From: Squalus acanthias
Lineage: Eukaryota
Direction: 5' to 3'
NCBI GenBank assembly: GCA_030390025.1
Contig: CM059432.1
Span: 95,110,001 to 95,174,000 of the forward strand
DNA: 64,000 bases
The translations under genes were made by a program, and so were the position numbers. The number at the start of each line of letters is the position of its first letter. Position 1 is the first letter of the stretch. The notes under the pieces are model-generated. The model had not been told where the DNA came from. It worked only from the letters and a program-made list of their open reading frames with translations, and did not search any database. This document shows positions 25,555 through 38,927 of the stretch, piece by piece.

Positions 25555-26381
25555 GTCTCTCTCTCTCTCTCTCTCTCTGCATCCAGGTCCACTCACAGCA
25601 AAAGCCAGGCAATCTCTGAGACCAGGCAGTCAGTCTCTGACCTGCAATGATGACATCATCAGAGGCGACTTTCAGACTGAAACCACTAATTGACTCATGG
25701 GTTCCCACATGCTGGAACTCAATTGCCCAATTAAGTGAAAATTGCATCATTCATCCACATTAATCTGGAGTCGGGGGGGGCAACACGAAATGCGGGTAAC
25801 ACGACCCCAACCCAACCCCAAGACAAAATCCAGCCCGCAGAGTCTAAACCAGGAAGTGCAAGTTGCAATTCAATGTAAAATCATGTACAGAAAGCAAAAT
25901 AAAGAGAGGGAAAGATAAATGGGATTAAGAGAGAGAGAGAGATAAAAGAGACAGAAAGATAAAGTAAAATTAAAAAAAATGTTTTTTTAAATCTCCAACA
26001 AAATTAAAATCTGAAGGAATGAGACTCCACACTTTTAAAAGTAAATTTTCAGTGCTAGAGAGGTTGTTTGGCAGTAATTAAGACTTTTCACGCTGTTAGA
26101 AATTCACTTACTCTTGAATGGACCAAGTCCTAACTTTTTCTCGCGTGTTTAGTGCATATCTAGTGGGTAAGTACCACAAATGCACGCCGTTCCATGTATT
26201 TGAATGCTGAGTCTGAGGTGTAGCGAAGCTTCTGGAGAAGCAGGGAATCTCGGATAGCAACTTCCTAGTTTCCACGTTGAACTGCGCATGTGCGGACGCC
26301 GGAAGTTAATGTCCGATTTACTCCTTAATAATGGCGAGCACTGATAACATCACCATTATTTGTACCAGAAAAAATGTGTGC
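24861..26381. mobile_element. Harbinger-type MITE (family A) hosting a family E MITE
   Basis: Left end GGCCCAGATTTTGC preceded by AAT; colinear with 10094-10830; right end degraded. Confidence 0.7.
25069..25836. mobile_element. Harbinger-type MITE (family E), inverted relative to 4642-5435
   Basis: TIR GGGCTGTATTTT/AAAATCCAGCCC; TSD ACA/GCA (CpG-type difference); internal (CT)n. Confidence 0.85.
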
Positions 26382-29336
26382 ATCCAGTGGGCGAGACTCC
26401 CTGCCAGGAGCACAAAGTCAGAAAATCATCCCTTATATTTAAAAAGTTGTTCCTTTTCCACATTCGCCTGGAGTATTATTTTTTTTTTAAGTTTAAGCTG
26501 CAGCGGAATCTGTGACTTAGATCATCCCACCCTCCTGGATGAAAGAAGGCCTGGCAGTGAGTGATAACAGTGGTGATCTAGCTGGAGGAAAGCAATGGGA
26601 AAATAAGCACTCCAATCTGGAGCTTTGAAAAAATCCTTTGAAGTACATTCTCTTTATGAATGGTGTTTGGCGGCATTTTTTAAACTTGCACGCAAACATG
26701 TGATGTCATAATGTATATTGCACTAAAATATGTCAGCGCTTCACCTGCACCAGATGTCATTATAATAGAAATGCGTCATGGCTCTTCTACCTTTACTCTC
26801 ATACAAAAGATATGCCAGGTAACCAATTGTTGATGTCTTTTTACCCAATTTGGGGAAACGCTAATTTTGTTTTACGCATTTTTAGCCCTTGCAGGTCCTT
26901 CCACTGAGGCAAAGGTCAAAAGGGGTGTGACAGGCTATCTCCTCCCAGGCCACAGCTGATGCCACTCCTAGCCATCCACTTGGACAGTGTTATCTAATAG
27001 AAATTTCTGTCTAGCCACAAGTGTGGCTACAGTTACACTGTTTTAGACACATGCACTAATTTTAGTAAAAAAACACCTTACATACACTCACACAATGCAG
27101 GCCAATGTACTTCACGTGTCTATTTACTTAACAAACATCTACCACCATTCAGTAACCAAGGAAATAAAGCACTCACAACGATCAAAAATCCACTCGCAAA
27201 CTCTGCTTTTCGTCTAACCATTTTATCAATAAACAAGCAAAAAGTTTAAAGTAGACATGCATACACCTTGCAAATACGAGTATTGAGATCACATGCCTAA
27301 CGATGCTGTCTATTACTCCTTTTTTTAATTTACTTATCAAAAATGCAGTTAGTCACATTGGATTCCCAATTATCCACATATGACTAGTGGCTAACGTATT
27401 GGACAACACTGCACGAGGAGATACCCAACAGCAGCACACTGAGCACTATGGGTCTGATTTTTTAACCCCCTCATGGGCATGAAAGTCAGCTGAAATCACC
27501 TCTGCTCTGTGGCACTGCATCAGAATGCTCCAGTGCACAGCGCAACCAGCTAAATAGTTTTCCCTAAAGACATGCACCTAGAAAGAAAAATGTTTTAGTC
27601 CTCAGCAGAGGCAGCAGTATAGGGGTTAAAAGAATCAGTACCTTAATTGGTCTCAGAAAATATTGGTTCGACAGTGGCATCAACCAGTGAAAGTGAAAGT
27701 ATCACCAACAGTTCCCACATAACTCTAATACTTGCACCTTTCTAACATTCTTTCCTGACAACCACCTCCTTTAATGTGATCCAGACATTTACCAGAAAAT
27801 GCATGTTGACCCCGCCAGTGCTTAAAGCAAGAATGCCCAGCTCAGTGAAGTGAGATAGGTTACAGATCTGCCTTTAGTACTGTTAGAATTCAGACTCATT
27901 GCTTCATGACAGCTTTAGGAACAGATTTGCCTTTGTTGTTTTAGTGACATTTTTAATTAGTTCAAACTCTTTACAAAAACACAAACCAGATTAATGACTG
28001 TTATAAATAACAGCCACTATATGCTTCTTGCACCTGCAGAAAATCAAGCTCATTGTTATATTTTCCTATTTCTAATGATACCGCGTTAAGCAATAAAATG
28101 CTTTATTATCTTCTGTAGGCACAATTTTCCAACTGACATCTGTCTGAGCCTTCACAGATTTTAAATATTTTCTCCAGTAGCAATTACATCATAGTCTAAC
28201 AATCATTACATTACATATACACCTAACATGCAGATTTAATCTATTGAGGACATTTTGAAAAACTTATAACAAGATGTTCGGCTTCACTCAGCCTGGAAGC
28301 CTTTCATTGTTTTATAGCAGAGCTGCTCGTGTGACTCAACAGTGTCACAAAGACAATGGAACATGAAAGGAAATGTTTTAATAAAGACAGCACAACAAAC
28401 ACACCTATCGATAATCTGACAGCAATAATGAGCTCAACGGTATGCGTTCTTGCATATTTTATTAAAATAGGTTCTCTTTAAGTACTTATTTCTCCCTGTT
28501 CCCAAAAGGCATTAACATCATAAAGCTCCTATACTATTTGTGATGTTAGTTATTGCCTAAGTGGCAGGGATAAATGAAGAACTGAATGTCTTACTTGAAG
28601 TGTTCCAGATTGTTCCAATTTCAGTTTATTTGCTAAGTATCCAAATGACACTTCAATATATTCTTGTTAATAAAATGATGGACCCATATACAAAGGAACA
28701 AAACATCCCTGTACCAACAAACTGCAACTACACACTGGAAAGCACAAAATAATTGCAGACAACATCGCAAATATAAATCATTCTCAAAACTTACAAGGCA
28801 AAACAGTTTACATTAGTAGCAAAGTCTCAATTGGAATGAATGAATCGCCCCTACATTGTAAAGGTAAGTACAAAATGGAGCTTCAAGCAGCATTACCTAT
28901 TGTAACTGACACCAGCAGTATTTCAGTCCCAAAAAGCTGCAGGCGAAAATCGATTGGGCCTCTTCAGAAACTGATGCTCCAAACCATGTGTTAGTCAAAT
29001 AAATAGGAAAGCAATGTTTATTTGACTGATGCGTAATTTAAAAAATCTCTTACAAAAAGTCCCACTGGATTTTCATCTGCACCTTTTTTTGTGACTTGCT
29101 GCTGGTGTCGGCTACAATGCGAGAAATACTTAAAACTTCACTCAGTACTTATCACATCGATGTAGTGGAGCGGAGTTTATGGTCATTCATTCATTCCAAC
29201 TCAGACATGTTTGTTTACCTCTTTTGTTAAAATGTATTCTATAAGATATTGTACATGTAGATTTTGTGTGAATTAAACCCGTGCACCGACCAGGATGACC
29301 TGAGAAAGTGCAGCATGATACCAGGCAAGGGGCAAT

Positions 29337-29616
29337 GGCCCAGATTTTGCGGTCAGGAGCGAACATAGAAACATAGGAGCACGAGTAGGCCATTCGGCCC
29401 TTCGAGCCTGCTCCGCCATTCAATATGATCAACGACGCTCACTGTTCATTATACTTGCAGCTGCCCACAGTCTTTTCGTGGGCTTTTGAGCAGCAACTTA
29501 GGGTGATCGGGCGTCTGAAACAGCGTGGCACCCTCAACAGGGGATCTGTGTGAATAAGGCATGCAACAGCTGTCTCCCCAACCAATCAGATTGAAGAATC
29601 CTCACTGAGACATGCA
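29337..29616. mobile_element. Family A MITE left part, with a short CR1-tail insertion (about 29362-29430)
   Basis: GGCCCAGATTTTGC preceded by AAT; colinear with 24861-25068. Confidence 0.7.
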
Positions 29617-30319
29617 GGGCTGAATCTTAACTCCCACAAACGGGTGGGTTGGGGTTGTGCCAGAGATTAATATTCATAAAATCTGAAACAGGAACCCAAC
29701 CCGCCTTGAACCCAGCCACTTCTGGTTTTAATGGAGGCGCGACAAGGAGCTGAGGCTGCCTGCCTTCATTTTAACAGTAATTCTATTTTTAATTCATGTC
29801 AGCCGGGTTTCCCAGGCCTCGGGAACACGGCAGGTGAAAAGAGGCAAGAAGGGCTGAATCCATGAGGTAAGTACCTTTACAGCACTGCTTGTGGCCCAGG
29901 AGGAGCAGAAGTGTTTCCTCCTGGCCCAACCAGCTACCCAGTAAACCCCACCCCCCACCCCACAACCCCGGCCGCGATCTGTCTGATCCCCCAACCACCA
30001 TCGGGCCCCCCCGACCACCATCGGACCACGCCCCCTGATCACGGGACGACCCCCTCCCCGAAATCGCACCCCTACCGCGATCGCCCCCCCCCCCACCCCG
30101 TGATTAGACCTACCCGTGGTTGGACCCCCCCCCCCCCGCGACCAGGACCCCTCATACAATTGGCACCCCTCTGCCATTGGGACCCCCTTGTGATTGGACC
30201 ACTCCCGCGATTGGGTCCCCCCACAATAGGGAGCCCCCCCACCCATGATCGGGACACCCTCCCCACGATCTCCGAAACCGACCTTGTCAGCCGGCTCCAT
30301 GGTGTCAAATTTCACGGCC
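29617..30319. mobile_element. Family B MITE inserted in a family A MITE; right end uncertain
   Basis: GGGCTGAATCTTAACTCCC start matches 11377; C-rich core; possible right TIR AAATTTCACGGCC. Confidence 0.65.
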
Positions 30320-30593
30320 AGAATGTTAGTGCACAGAAGCAGGCCATTTGGCCCATCAAGTCTGCGCCAGTCTTTTTCTGTACATAAGCCACCTTGTCTA
30401 TTCCTATCCTCCTGCTCGGTCCCAATGCCCTCTAATCTAGAACTATGGCAGTTCACAGCACAGAAGGAGGCCATTCATTGTGCCTGTGCCTGCTAGAGTG
30501 ATCCAAAACTAATCCCACTGCCTCGCTTTCTCCACATAGTCTTGTATCCTCATCTGCTTCAAATATTTATCCAAATTTCCTTTAAAACTCCTA

Positions 30594-31487
30594 GGGGTAG
30601 AAATTAGGTCGCGCCCCATTTGGGGCGCAAATATCGTCTGGACGCAAATATTAGCGCCTGGCGCTAATTATCGGCACTGACTGGAAACTTCACTTTTACC
30701 GCCCCGGGAGGTGAGTGGAGCGCTAAAGCAGGCGCTGCACACCTGTCTTAAGGCGCAAAGGCCAAGGAGTGAGGCGCTACCTCAGAGCGCTGGCGAAGCT
30801 CATGTAATGTCAGTCAGCAATGGAACACACACACAATGGCACGGTCCAGTTCTTAAAGGGGATGGTTAATCTTGCTTTCCATCCACATCCTGTTCATTGC
30901 AGCCTTGAATCTCGGCCTGGAGAGACTTGCACATCAAATGTGCTGGAAAGAACAATGGAGAGTACCAGGCAAAGAGCTCAGAGTGCAGCTCCCACAGTCT
31001 CTGCTAAATCGATACAAGGAATGGCAAATCAAAATGAACCTGCAAAGTGCTGCTCAGTACCCAAAACTCCTTCCCACAACGTTGAATCTCTCCAGAAGTC
31101 TCTCCCTCTCTCTCTCAGAATGCGTAGTTCAAAAATGCCACCAACAATAAAAGACAGGAAGAGGCCCCCTTTAAATAGCGCCCCCCCCCAGCCCCACAGC
31201 GATTGATAGCGTTCCAGTCTTCTGGTCGTTGGATGCACCAGGCGGTAAGGCAGGGGGCGCCACTCAATTTCCACTCCGGGGCGCCACAAGGGCGTTGCAC
31301 CATGGAATGACGTCACAATCTGCGCGCGCAGGTGGTCGCAGCGGTAAGTTTTAGCGCCGCCGCACAATCTCTAGTTAAGTTCCCGAGCGGCGCAAACATC
31401 GCTGCGCCTGGGAGTTAGCGGCTTTGCGCCCCATTAGCGCCCTCTTAAGGCGCTAACGGGAGACGCAACCAACTGAATTTTTACCCT
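30594..31487 (-). mobile_element. Harbinger-derived MITE (family F)
   Basis: TIR GGGGTAGAAATT/AATTTTTACCCT; TSD CTA/CTA; right end is the reverse complement of the 33151 terminus; many AGCGCC/GGCGCT subterminal motifs. Confidence 0.82.
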
Positions 31488-31886
31488 CTAGCATTTATTC
31501 TCACTCTTTTAATAATTTTAAATTAATGATCCCTTGTCATTGACTCCCAACTAAAGGAAATAATCTTTCCCCATTCCATCAAGCTCTGCACAATTTTTAA
31601 AAAATCTATGTTAAATCTCCTCTCAGCCATCTCTGCTCCAGTGGAAACAGTTCTAGTATCTCAAGTCTGTCTTCATAACTATAGTTTCCCATCCCTGGCA
31701 GCATTTTGGCAAATCAATGCTGTAAGCTCTCTATGGGTTAATCTTGACTTTTGATGATAGTGGAAAACTGGCGATATCAGACTGGCTGCATGTTATACAC
31801 ATCACCCAATTTTCATTCCCATTGACATCAATGAAATTCATTTTTAACACTTAGTTCTATCAATTCTTTCATATTCTCCTCTAGTG

Positions 31887-32310
31887 GTTGTCAGTTTTGG
31901 CTCAGTGGTAGCATTCTTGCCTCTGAGTCAAGCCCAGCTCAGGAGATTTATGCACGTAGTCTAGGCTGTCACTTCAGTGCCTTACTGAGGGAGTGCTGCA
32001 CCATCAGAGGTGCTGGTTTTCAGATGAGCTGTTAAACTCTCTGCCCTCTCGGGTGATGTAAAAAAATCCCATGTCAATATTTGAAGTTCACCTGCTGCCT
32101 TGGCCAGGATTTGTCCCTCAACCAACATCGATAAAACAGATTGTCTGGTCATTTATCTCAAAGTTATCTGTGGAACCTTACTGTGTGCAAATTGGCTGCA
32201 GCACTTCTCTACATTACAACAGTCACTAAACTTGAAAAGTACTTCATTTGCTGTGAAGCGCTTTGGGATGTCCTGAGGTTGTGAAAGATGCTATATAAAT
32301 GCAAGTTCTT
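31887..32310 (+). mobile_element. Near full-length Deu-domain SINE (SacSINE1/AmnSINE1-like)
   Basis: tRNA-like head TGGCTCAGTGG; central CTGAGGGAGTGCTGCA...TGTGTGCAAATTGGCTGC; 3' tail GCTATATAAATGCAAG. Confidence 0.72.
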
Positions 32311-32619
32311 GCTTTAGTACTTCCATGTTCTCACTCCCACCATTGTTTGTAAGAAACAATGCAAGGTATTTATTTGATACCGCAACATGCCTCCACACTC
32401 CATAATTAGACTCCCTCCTTCATCCCTGAGTGGTCCTACACTCTCTTTAATTATTCATTTACTTTTTAATATGTTTATATTACTACTTTATATTATCTGC
32501 TAGACTTTTCATATTTTCTTTTAACCTTTCTAACCTTTTCCATTTCCCTACTACACATTTTATATTCCTCATGATCATCTTTAGTATTATTAGCCCAGCT
32601 TTATCACATGCAACAACAA

Positions 32620-32910
32620 CTTCCATTTATACAGCATCCCCAAAACTCAGTGAAGGGTGATACAGAATACCAAGCTTGTGAACAGTCTTCAGTCTGAGAC
32701 AGTGACAAGGAAGGAAATGGAATCAGTAGCAAGGGAATGAAGTTTGTGATAGGGGTGGAAGATGATGGATTTGGCCTTCCCAACAGTGAGGTGGTGGAAG
32801 CTATGTCTCATCCAGAACTGGGTGTTGGACAAAAAGTCTGATAGCGCAAAGATTATTGAGGGATTGCGAAAAGTGATGAGTGGGTAGAGTTGGGTGTTGT
32901 AGGCAGTCAT
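32620..32910 (-). mobile_element. Degenerate L2 RT fragment
   Basis: TAYNTQLY (YADDTQLY-like)...WMRHSFHHLTVGKAK in ORF 32689-32910. Confidence 0.55.
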
Positions 32911-33150
32911 ATTGAACTTTCAACTCCTTTCCTATTGAACAGCAATACCAGCATGGCAGGTTGTCCGATTCCACTGCATTACAGGATTCTCCAAATAACA
33001 GGGGGTCCTTGCTGGCACTGATATGGCCCCTTGGAACAATGAAATGCTTACATAAAAAAAAAGGGTTCTACTCCGCCACTGCGCAGCTGATTAGTGACTG
33101 TCAACACTGTATCATGCAAGTCAATGTGTGCTTCCTAGGCAGGATACACA

Positions 33151-34455
33151 GGGGGAAAAATTCAGTTGGTTAGCGCCTCCAGTTATCGCCTGGCAGGAGC
33201 ACTAACCGGGCGCTGATGCAGTAGCGCCGGGGCCGCACGCCAAATCCGGCCCCCCCGTAGTGCCGTCGCTACAAGTTACTGCCGGGGACCTCAACGCCAG
33301 GCAGATCGTGACGTCAGTGAGCGACGCTCACTGGGCGCCCGCTCTGCAAAATTCATTGTCGCTCCCTGCCTTAGCACCTCGCTCCGACAGCGACAGGGAG
33401 AAGAGGCATCAAGCAGGTGGATGCCGGCTCCAGGGGTGGTATTTAAAGGCATCCTCAGTAATGAATCGTCGCTGTCAGGTTAGTGCTGTTTCACTGCTTC
33501 CTTGTCAGTTTGACATTGTGCAACAGTTTAATTCAGTCATTTAAAGGTTATTTAGTATCAGGAGTGTTGTGGCTACTAACAAATGTAACATTTATTCACA
33601 CAACATATCAAAGTGCTACACTTGGTTATATTAATGGGGGCTGTACTGGCAGTCGATCTCGCCCTCCAGGATCTACGGCAGAGGGAGCGGAGGCAGCGAG
33701 AAAGACTGGAACATGTGGCCAGAAGGAAGAGAAGGGCCATGAGGGCTCTCAACAGGAGGACTTACGCTCCGAGGGCATTTCGAGAGCACTTCTCCTACCT
33801 CCAATTAAGCAAGGAGCAGTGTATTAGAAGGCTCTGCTTCACCAAGGAGATGGTCACAGAAATCTGCCACCTCCTGCAACCAGACCTCAAGCCTCAGATC
33901 AGGGCGACCATGGCTCTCTCAGTGGCAGTCAAGGTCACCGTCGCTCTCAATTTCTTTGCCAGCGGATCATTCTCATCGGCAACAGGAGACATAGCTAACA
34001 TCTTGCAGTTCGCCGTCCATCGCTGCATCCGGGAGCTCACAGAGGCTCTGTACAGTAGGAGAAGGGACTACATTTCCTTCCCCATCACCAGAGAGAAGCA
34101 GGACGAACGTGCATGTGGCTTTGCCAGGATAGTGGGATTCCCCATGGTGCAGGGCGCCATTGACTGCACCCACGTGGCTTTGCGGGCACCGCATAACAAT
34201 CCTGAGATCTTCCGTAATCTCAAAGTCTACCACTCACTTATTGTGCAGTTGGTGTGCGACCACTGACAGCGAATCCTCAATGTCAATGCCCGCTATCCTG
34301 GCAGCAGCCACGATGCCTTCATCCTGCGCCAGCACTCTTCCAGCCACCACATCATGCTCACAGCTGGCTGGTCGGAGACAAGGACTATCCGTCTTTACCT
34401 GGCTCATGACTTCCCTCTGCAAACCCAACACTCCTGCCCAGCACTCATATAATGA
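33151..34455 (+). mobile_element. PIF/Harbinger DNA transposon, left part
   Basis: Left TIR GGGGGAAAAATTCAGTTG; TATTTAAAGG upstream of the transposase; no right end found. Confidence 0.85.
33634..34455 (+). pseudogene. Harbinger DDE transposase (HARBI1-like), disrupted
   Basis: VTVALNFFASGS, GFPMVQGAIDCTHV, in-frame TGA at 34264-34266, then ARYPGSSHDAFIL; frameshifted WLVGDKDY; truncated. Confidence 0.9.
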
Positions 34456-34504
34456 TTAAGAATATTGAGGATTAACAGGCGGGTAAGCCTACTTTTGAAA
34501 ATCA

Positions 34505-35488
34505 TCATAGAAACATAGATACATAGAAGATAGGAGCAGGAGTAGGCCATTCGGCCCCTCGAGCCTGCTCCACCATTTATTGAGATCATGGCTGATCATC
34601 CAAATTCAGTACCCTGTCCCTGCTTTCTCCCCATATCCCTCGACCCCTTTAGCCTTAAGAAATATATCTATCTCCTTCTTGAATATATTTAATGAATTGG
34701 CGTCAACTGCCTTCTGTGGTAGAGAATTCCACAGGTTCACCACTCTCTGGGTGAAGAAATTCCTCCTCATCTCAGTCCTAAATGGCTTACCCCTTATCCT
34801 TAGACTGTGACCTCTGGTTCTGGACTCCCCCACCATCGGGAACATCCTTCCTGCATCTAGTCTGTCTAGTCCTGTTAGAATTTTATAAGTTTCAATGAGA
34901 TCCCCTCTCATTTTTCTAAACTCTAGCGAATATAAGCCTAATCAAACCAATCTCTCTTCATACGTCATTCCTGCCATCCCAGGTATCAGTCTGGTAAATC
35001 TTCGCTGCACTCCCTCCATGGCAAGAACATCCTTCCTCAGATAAGGCGACCAAAACTGCACACAATACTCAAGGTGTGGTCTCACCAAGGCCTTGTACAA
35101 CTGCAGCAAGACATCCTTGCTCCTGTACTCGAATCCTCTTGCTATGAAGGCCAACATACCATTTGCCTTCTTAACCGCCTGCTGCACCTGCATGCTTACC
35201 TTCAGCGACTGGTGCACAAGGACTCCCAGATCTCGTTGCACTTCCCCTTTTCCCAATCTATTGCCGTTCAGATAATAATCTGTCTTCCTGTTTTTGCCAC
35301 CAAAGTGGATAACCTCGCATTTATCCACATTATACTGCATCTGCCATGCATCTGCCCAATCACCCAACCTGTCCAAATCATACTGGAGTTTCTCTGCATC
35401 CTCCTCACAGCACACACGCCCACCCAGCTTTGTGTTGTCTGCAAACTTGGAGATATTACATCTAGTTCCCTCGTCTAGATCATTAATA
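34505..35488 (-). mobile_element. CR1 LINE 3' fragment
   Basis: ORFs 34942-35415 and 34606-34911; FADD region near 35440; CATAGAAA tail. Confidence 0.9.
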
Positions 35489-35979
35489 AATTCATGTTAA
35501 CCTTCCTGCCCAAAGTGCATGCCTCCTGATATGATCTGAACCTGCCTAAAGTTCTAGGTTCAGGTCATCGTTGTAGGCCCAATGCTCTCCAGGCATATGG
35601 CCACCCTTTGGCAGGATGGGAAAGGCTTTTGGCTTTGGGGCCTTCTGGGTGCTGTCCAAACACAGCAGCCAAAAGTAATTCAACGCTGAGGATTCAATAC
35701 AATATGAGGAAAAAAGGCCACTTACCACTTACCTTTTTAGGCCTCTTTCTGATCCTCCGAACAGAGAACGGGTGCCAGGCACAGAGCCTACAGCTAACTT
35801 CTTCTGGTGCCCTTGCACTTGGGTGCCCCACCAACATGCTTGCAGCAAAATGAGATGAAAGGCCTGTTAGTGCCCTCTCACTTCATAGATTCATAGAATA
35901 GATTCATAGAAAGTTACAGCACGGAAGGAGGCCATTTCGGCCCATCATGTCCGCGCCGGCCAACAAAGAGCTATCCAGC

Positions 35980-38868
35980 CTAATCCCACTTCCCAGCTCT
36001 TGGTCCGTAGCCCTGCAGGTTAGAGCATCCCAAGTGCACATCCAAGTACTTTTTAAATGTGGTTAGGGTTCCTGCCTCTACCACCCTTTCAGGCAGTGAG
36101 TTCCAGACCCCCACAACCCTCTGGGTGAAGAAATTTCCCCTCAAATCCCCTCTAAACCTTCCACAAATTATTTTAAATCTGTGCCCCCTGGTTTTTGACC
36201 CCTCTGCTAAGGGAAATAGGTCCTTTCTATCCACTTTATCTATGCCCCATATAATTTTATACACCTCAATAAGGTCTCCCCTCAGCCTCCACTGTTCCAA
36301 GGAAAACAGACCCAGCCTATCCAGTCTTTCCTCATAGCTAAGATTCTCTACTCCCGGCAACATCCTTGTAAATCTCCTCTATACCCTCTCTCGTGCAATC
36401 ACATCTTTCCTGTAATGTGGTGACCAGAACTGCACGCAGTACTCTAGCTGAGGCCAAACTAGTGTTTTATACAGTTGAAGCATAACCCCCCCTGCTCTTG
36501 TATTCTATGCCACGGCTAATAAAGGCAAGCATTCCGTATGCCTTCTTAACCACCTTATCTACCCGGCCTGCTACCTTCAGGGATCTGTGGACATGCACTC
36601 CAAGGTCCCTTTGTTCCTCTACACTACTCAGTGTCCTACCATTTAATGTGTATTCCCTTTCCTTGTTAGCCCTCCCCAAATGCATTACCTCACACTTCTC
36701 TGGATTGAATTCCATTTGCCACTGTTCTGCCCACCTGACCAATTTATTGATATCTTCCTGCAGTCTACAGCTTCCTTCTTCAGTATCAACCACACAGCCG
36801 ATTTTAGTATCATCTGCAAACTTCTTAATCATACCCGCTATATTCAAGTCTAGATCATTGATATATACCACAAAAAGCAAGGGACCTAGTACTGAGCCCT
36901 GTGGAACCCCACTGGAAACAGACTTCCAGTTACAAAAACACCCATCAACCATTACCCTCTGCTTCCTGTCTCCGAGCCAGTTTTGAATCCAACTTGACAC
37001 TTTGCCCTGGATCCTATGGGCTTTTAACTTTGTGACCAGTCTGCCATGTGGAACCTTATCAAAAGCCTTGCTAAAGTCCATATACACTACATCAATCACA
37101 CTACCCTCATCTACCCTCCTTGTTACCTCCTCAAAAAATTCAATCAAGTTTGTCAGACACGACCTTCCCTTAACAAATCCATGCTGACTATCCTTGATTA
37201 ATCCGTGTCTTTCTAAATGAAGATTTATCCTGTCCTTCAGAATTCTTTCCAATAATTTTCCCACCACCGAGGTTAGGCTGACTGGCTTGTAATTACTCGG
37301 TCTATCCTTTTCTCCCTTTTTAAACAAGGGTACCACATTAGCAGTCCTCCAGTCCTTTGGCACCACACCTGAAGCCAGAGAGGATTGAAAAATGATGGTC
37401 AGGGCCTCTGCTATTTCCTCTTTTGCTTCGCTTAGCAGCCCGGGATACATTTCATCCGGGTCAGGGGATTTATCCAGTTTTAAAGCTGCTAAACCCCTTA
37501 ATACTTCCTCTCTCACTATGTTTATTTCACCTAATATTTCACACTCCTCCCCCCTGATAACAATGTCCGCTTCGCCCCTCTCTTTTGTGAAAACAGATGC
37601 AAAGTATTCATTAAGAACCCTACCGACGTCTCCCACCTCCACACACAGATTACCCTCATGATCTCTAATAGGCCCTACCCTTTCTTTAGTTATCCTCTTA
37701 CTCTTAATATATTTATAAAACATCTTTGGGTTTTCCTTGATTTTACTTGCCAAGAATTTTTCATGCTTTCTCTTTGCTTTCCTAATATCCTTTTTAATTG
37801 CACCCCTGCACTTTCTGTACTCCTCTAAAGATTCTGGAGTATTTAGCCCTTGGTATCTGTCATACGCCTCCCTTTTTTTCTTTATCCTACCCTGTATGTC
37901 CCTAGACATCCAGGGGGCTCTGGATTTGTTAGTCCCACCTTTTTTCTTTAAGGGCACATATTTGGTCTGAACCCTCCGGATCTCCTCCTTGAATGCCTCC
38001 CACTGCTCTGATACTGATTTACCTTCAAGTAGCTGTTTCCAGTCCACTATGGCTAAATCCCCTCTGAGCTTAGCAAAATTTGCTTTTCCCCAATTTAGAA
38101 TTTTTATTCCTGGTCTATCCTTGTTCTTTTTCATAACTACCTTAAATCTAACAGAATTATGGTCACTAGCACCAAAATGCTCCCCACTGATACGCCTTCT
38201 ACCTGCCCAGCTTAATTCCCTAAAACTAAGTCCAGAACCGCCCCCTCCCTTGTTGGGCTTGCTACATACTGGCTAAAAAAGTTCTCCTTGATGCATTTTA
38301 GGAATTCCGTACCCTCTATACCCTTCACACTAATTTTATCCCCGTTAATATTGGGGTAGTTGAAATCCCCTACTATTACTGCCCTATAGTTTTTGCACTT
38401 CTCAGAAATTTGTCTACATATTTGTTCTTCTATCTTCCTCTCACTGTTTGGGGGTCTGTAGTACACTCCCAGCAGTGTGATCGCCCCTTTTTTGTTTTTC
38501 AATTCGACCCATATGGCCTCGTTTGATGATCCCTCCAACATATCATCCCTCCTCACAGCTGTAATAGTTTCTTTAATCAATACCGCGACCCCCCCCCCCT
38601 TTTTACCTCCCTCTCTATCCCGTCTGAAAATCCTGTAACCAGGAATGTTGAGCTGCCATACCTGCTCCTCTTTCAGCCACGTCTCTGTAATAGCTATAAT
38701 ATCATAGTCCCAAGTATGTACCTGTGCCCTCAACTCATCTGCCTTGTTCGCTATAATCCTTGCATTGAAGTATATACCATTTAGTACAGGCAAACTTCCT
38801 TGTTGACTACTATCTAGCCCTTGATTCCTCTGTCCTTCCAATTTACTTTCTACATTTTTGTTTTCCAA
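35980..38868 (-). pseudogene. CR1 ORF2, APE endonuclease-reverse transcriptase, two frameshifts
   Basis: Pieces 38212-38868 (ITETWL, YYRPP, GDFN), 36467-38134 ([23 protein letters not shown]) and 35980-36363. Confidence 0.9.
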
Positions 38869-38927
38869 TTCCAGTTTTTCTTCCCTCCCTATTGACTCTA
38901 TACTTAGGTTCTCATCCCCCTGCCAAG

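Noticed and set aside
29794..30474. Gly-rich and Pro-rich ORFs (also 11736-12345)
   Set aside because: Low-complexity C-rich MITE core with no domain signature.
33613..34266. Domesticated host gene HARBI1
   Set aside because: In-frame stop, frameshift, truncation, adjacent TIR and a second divergent copy at 58 kb indicate transposon relics.
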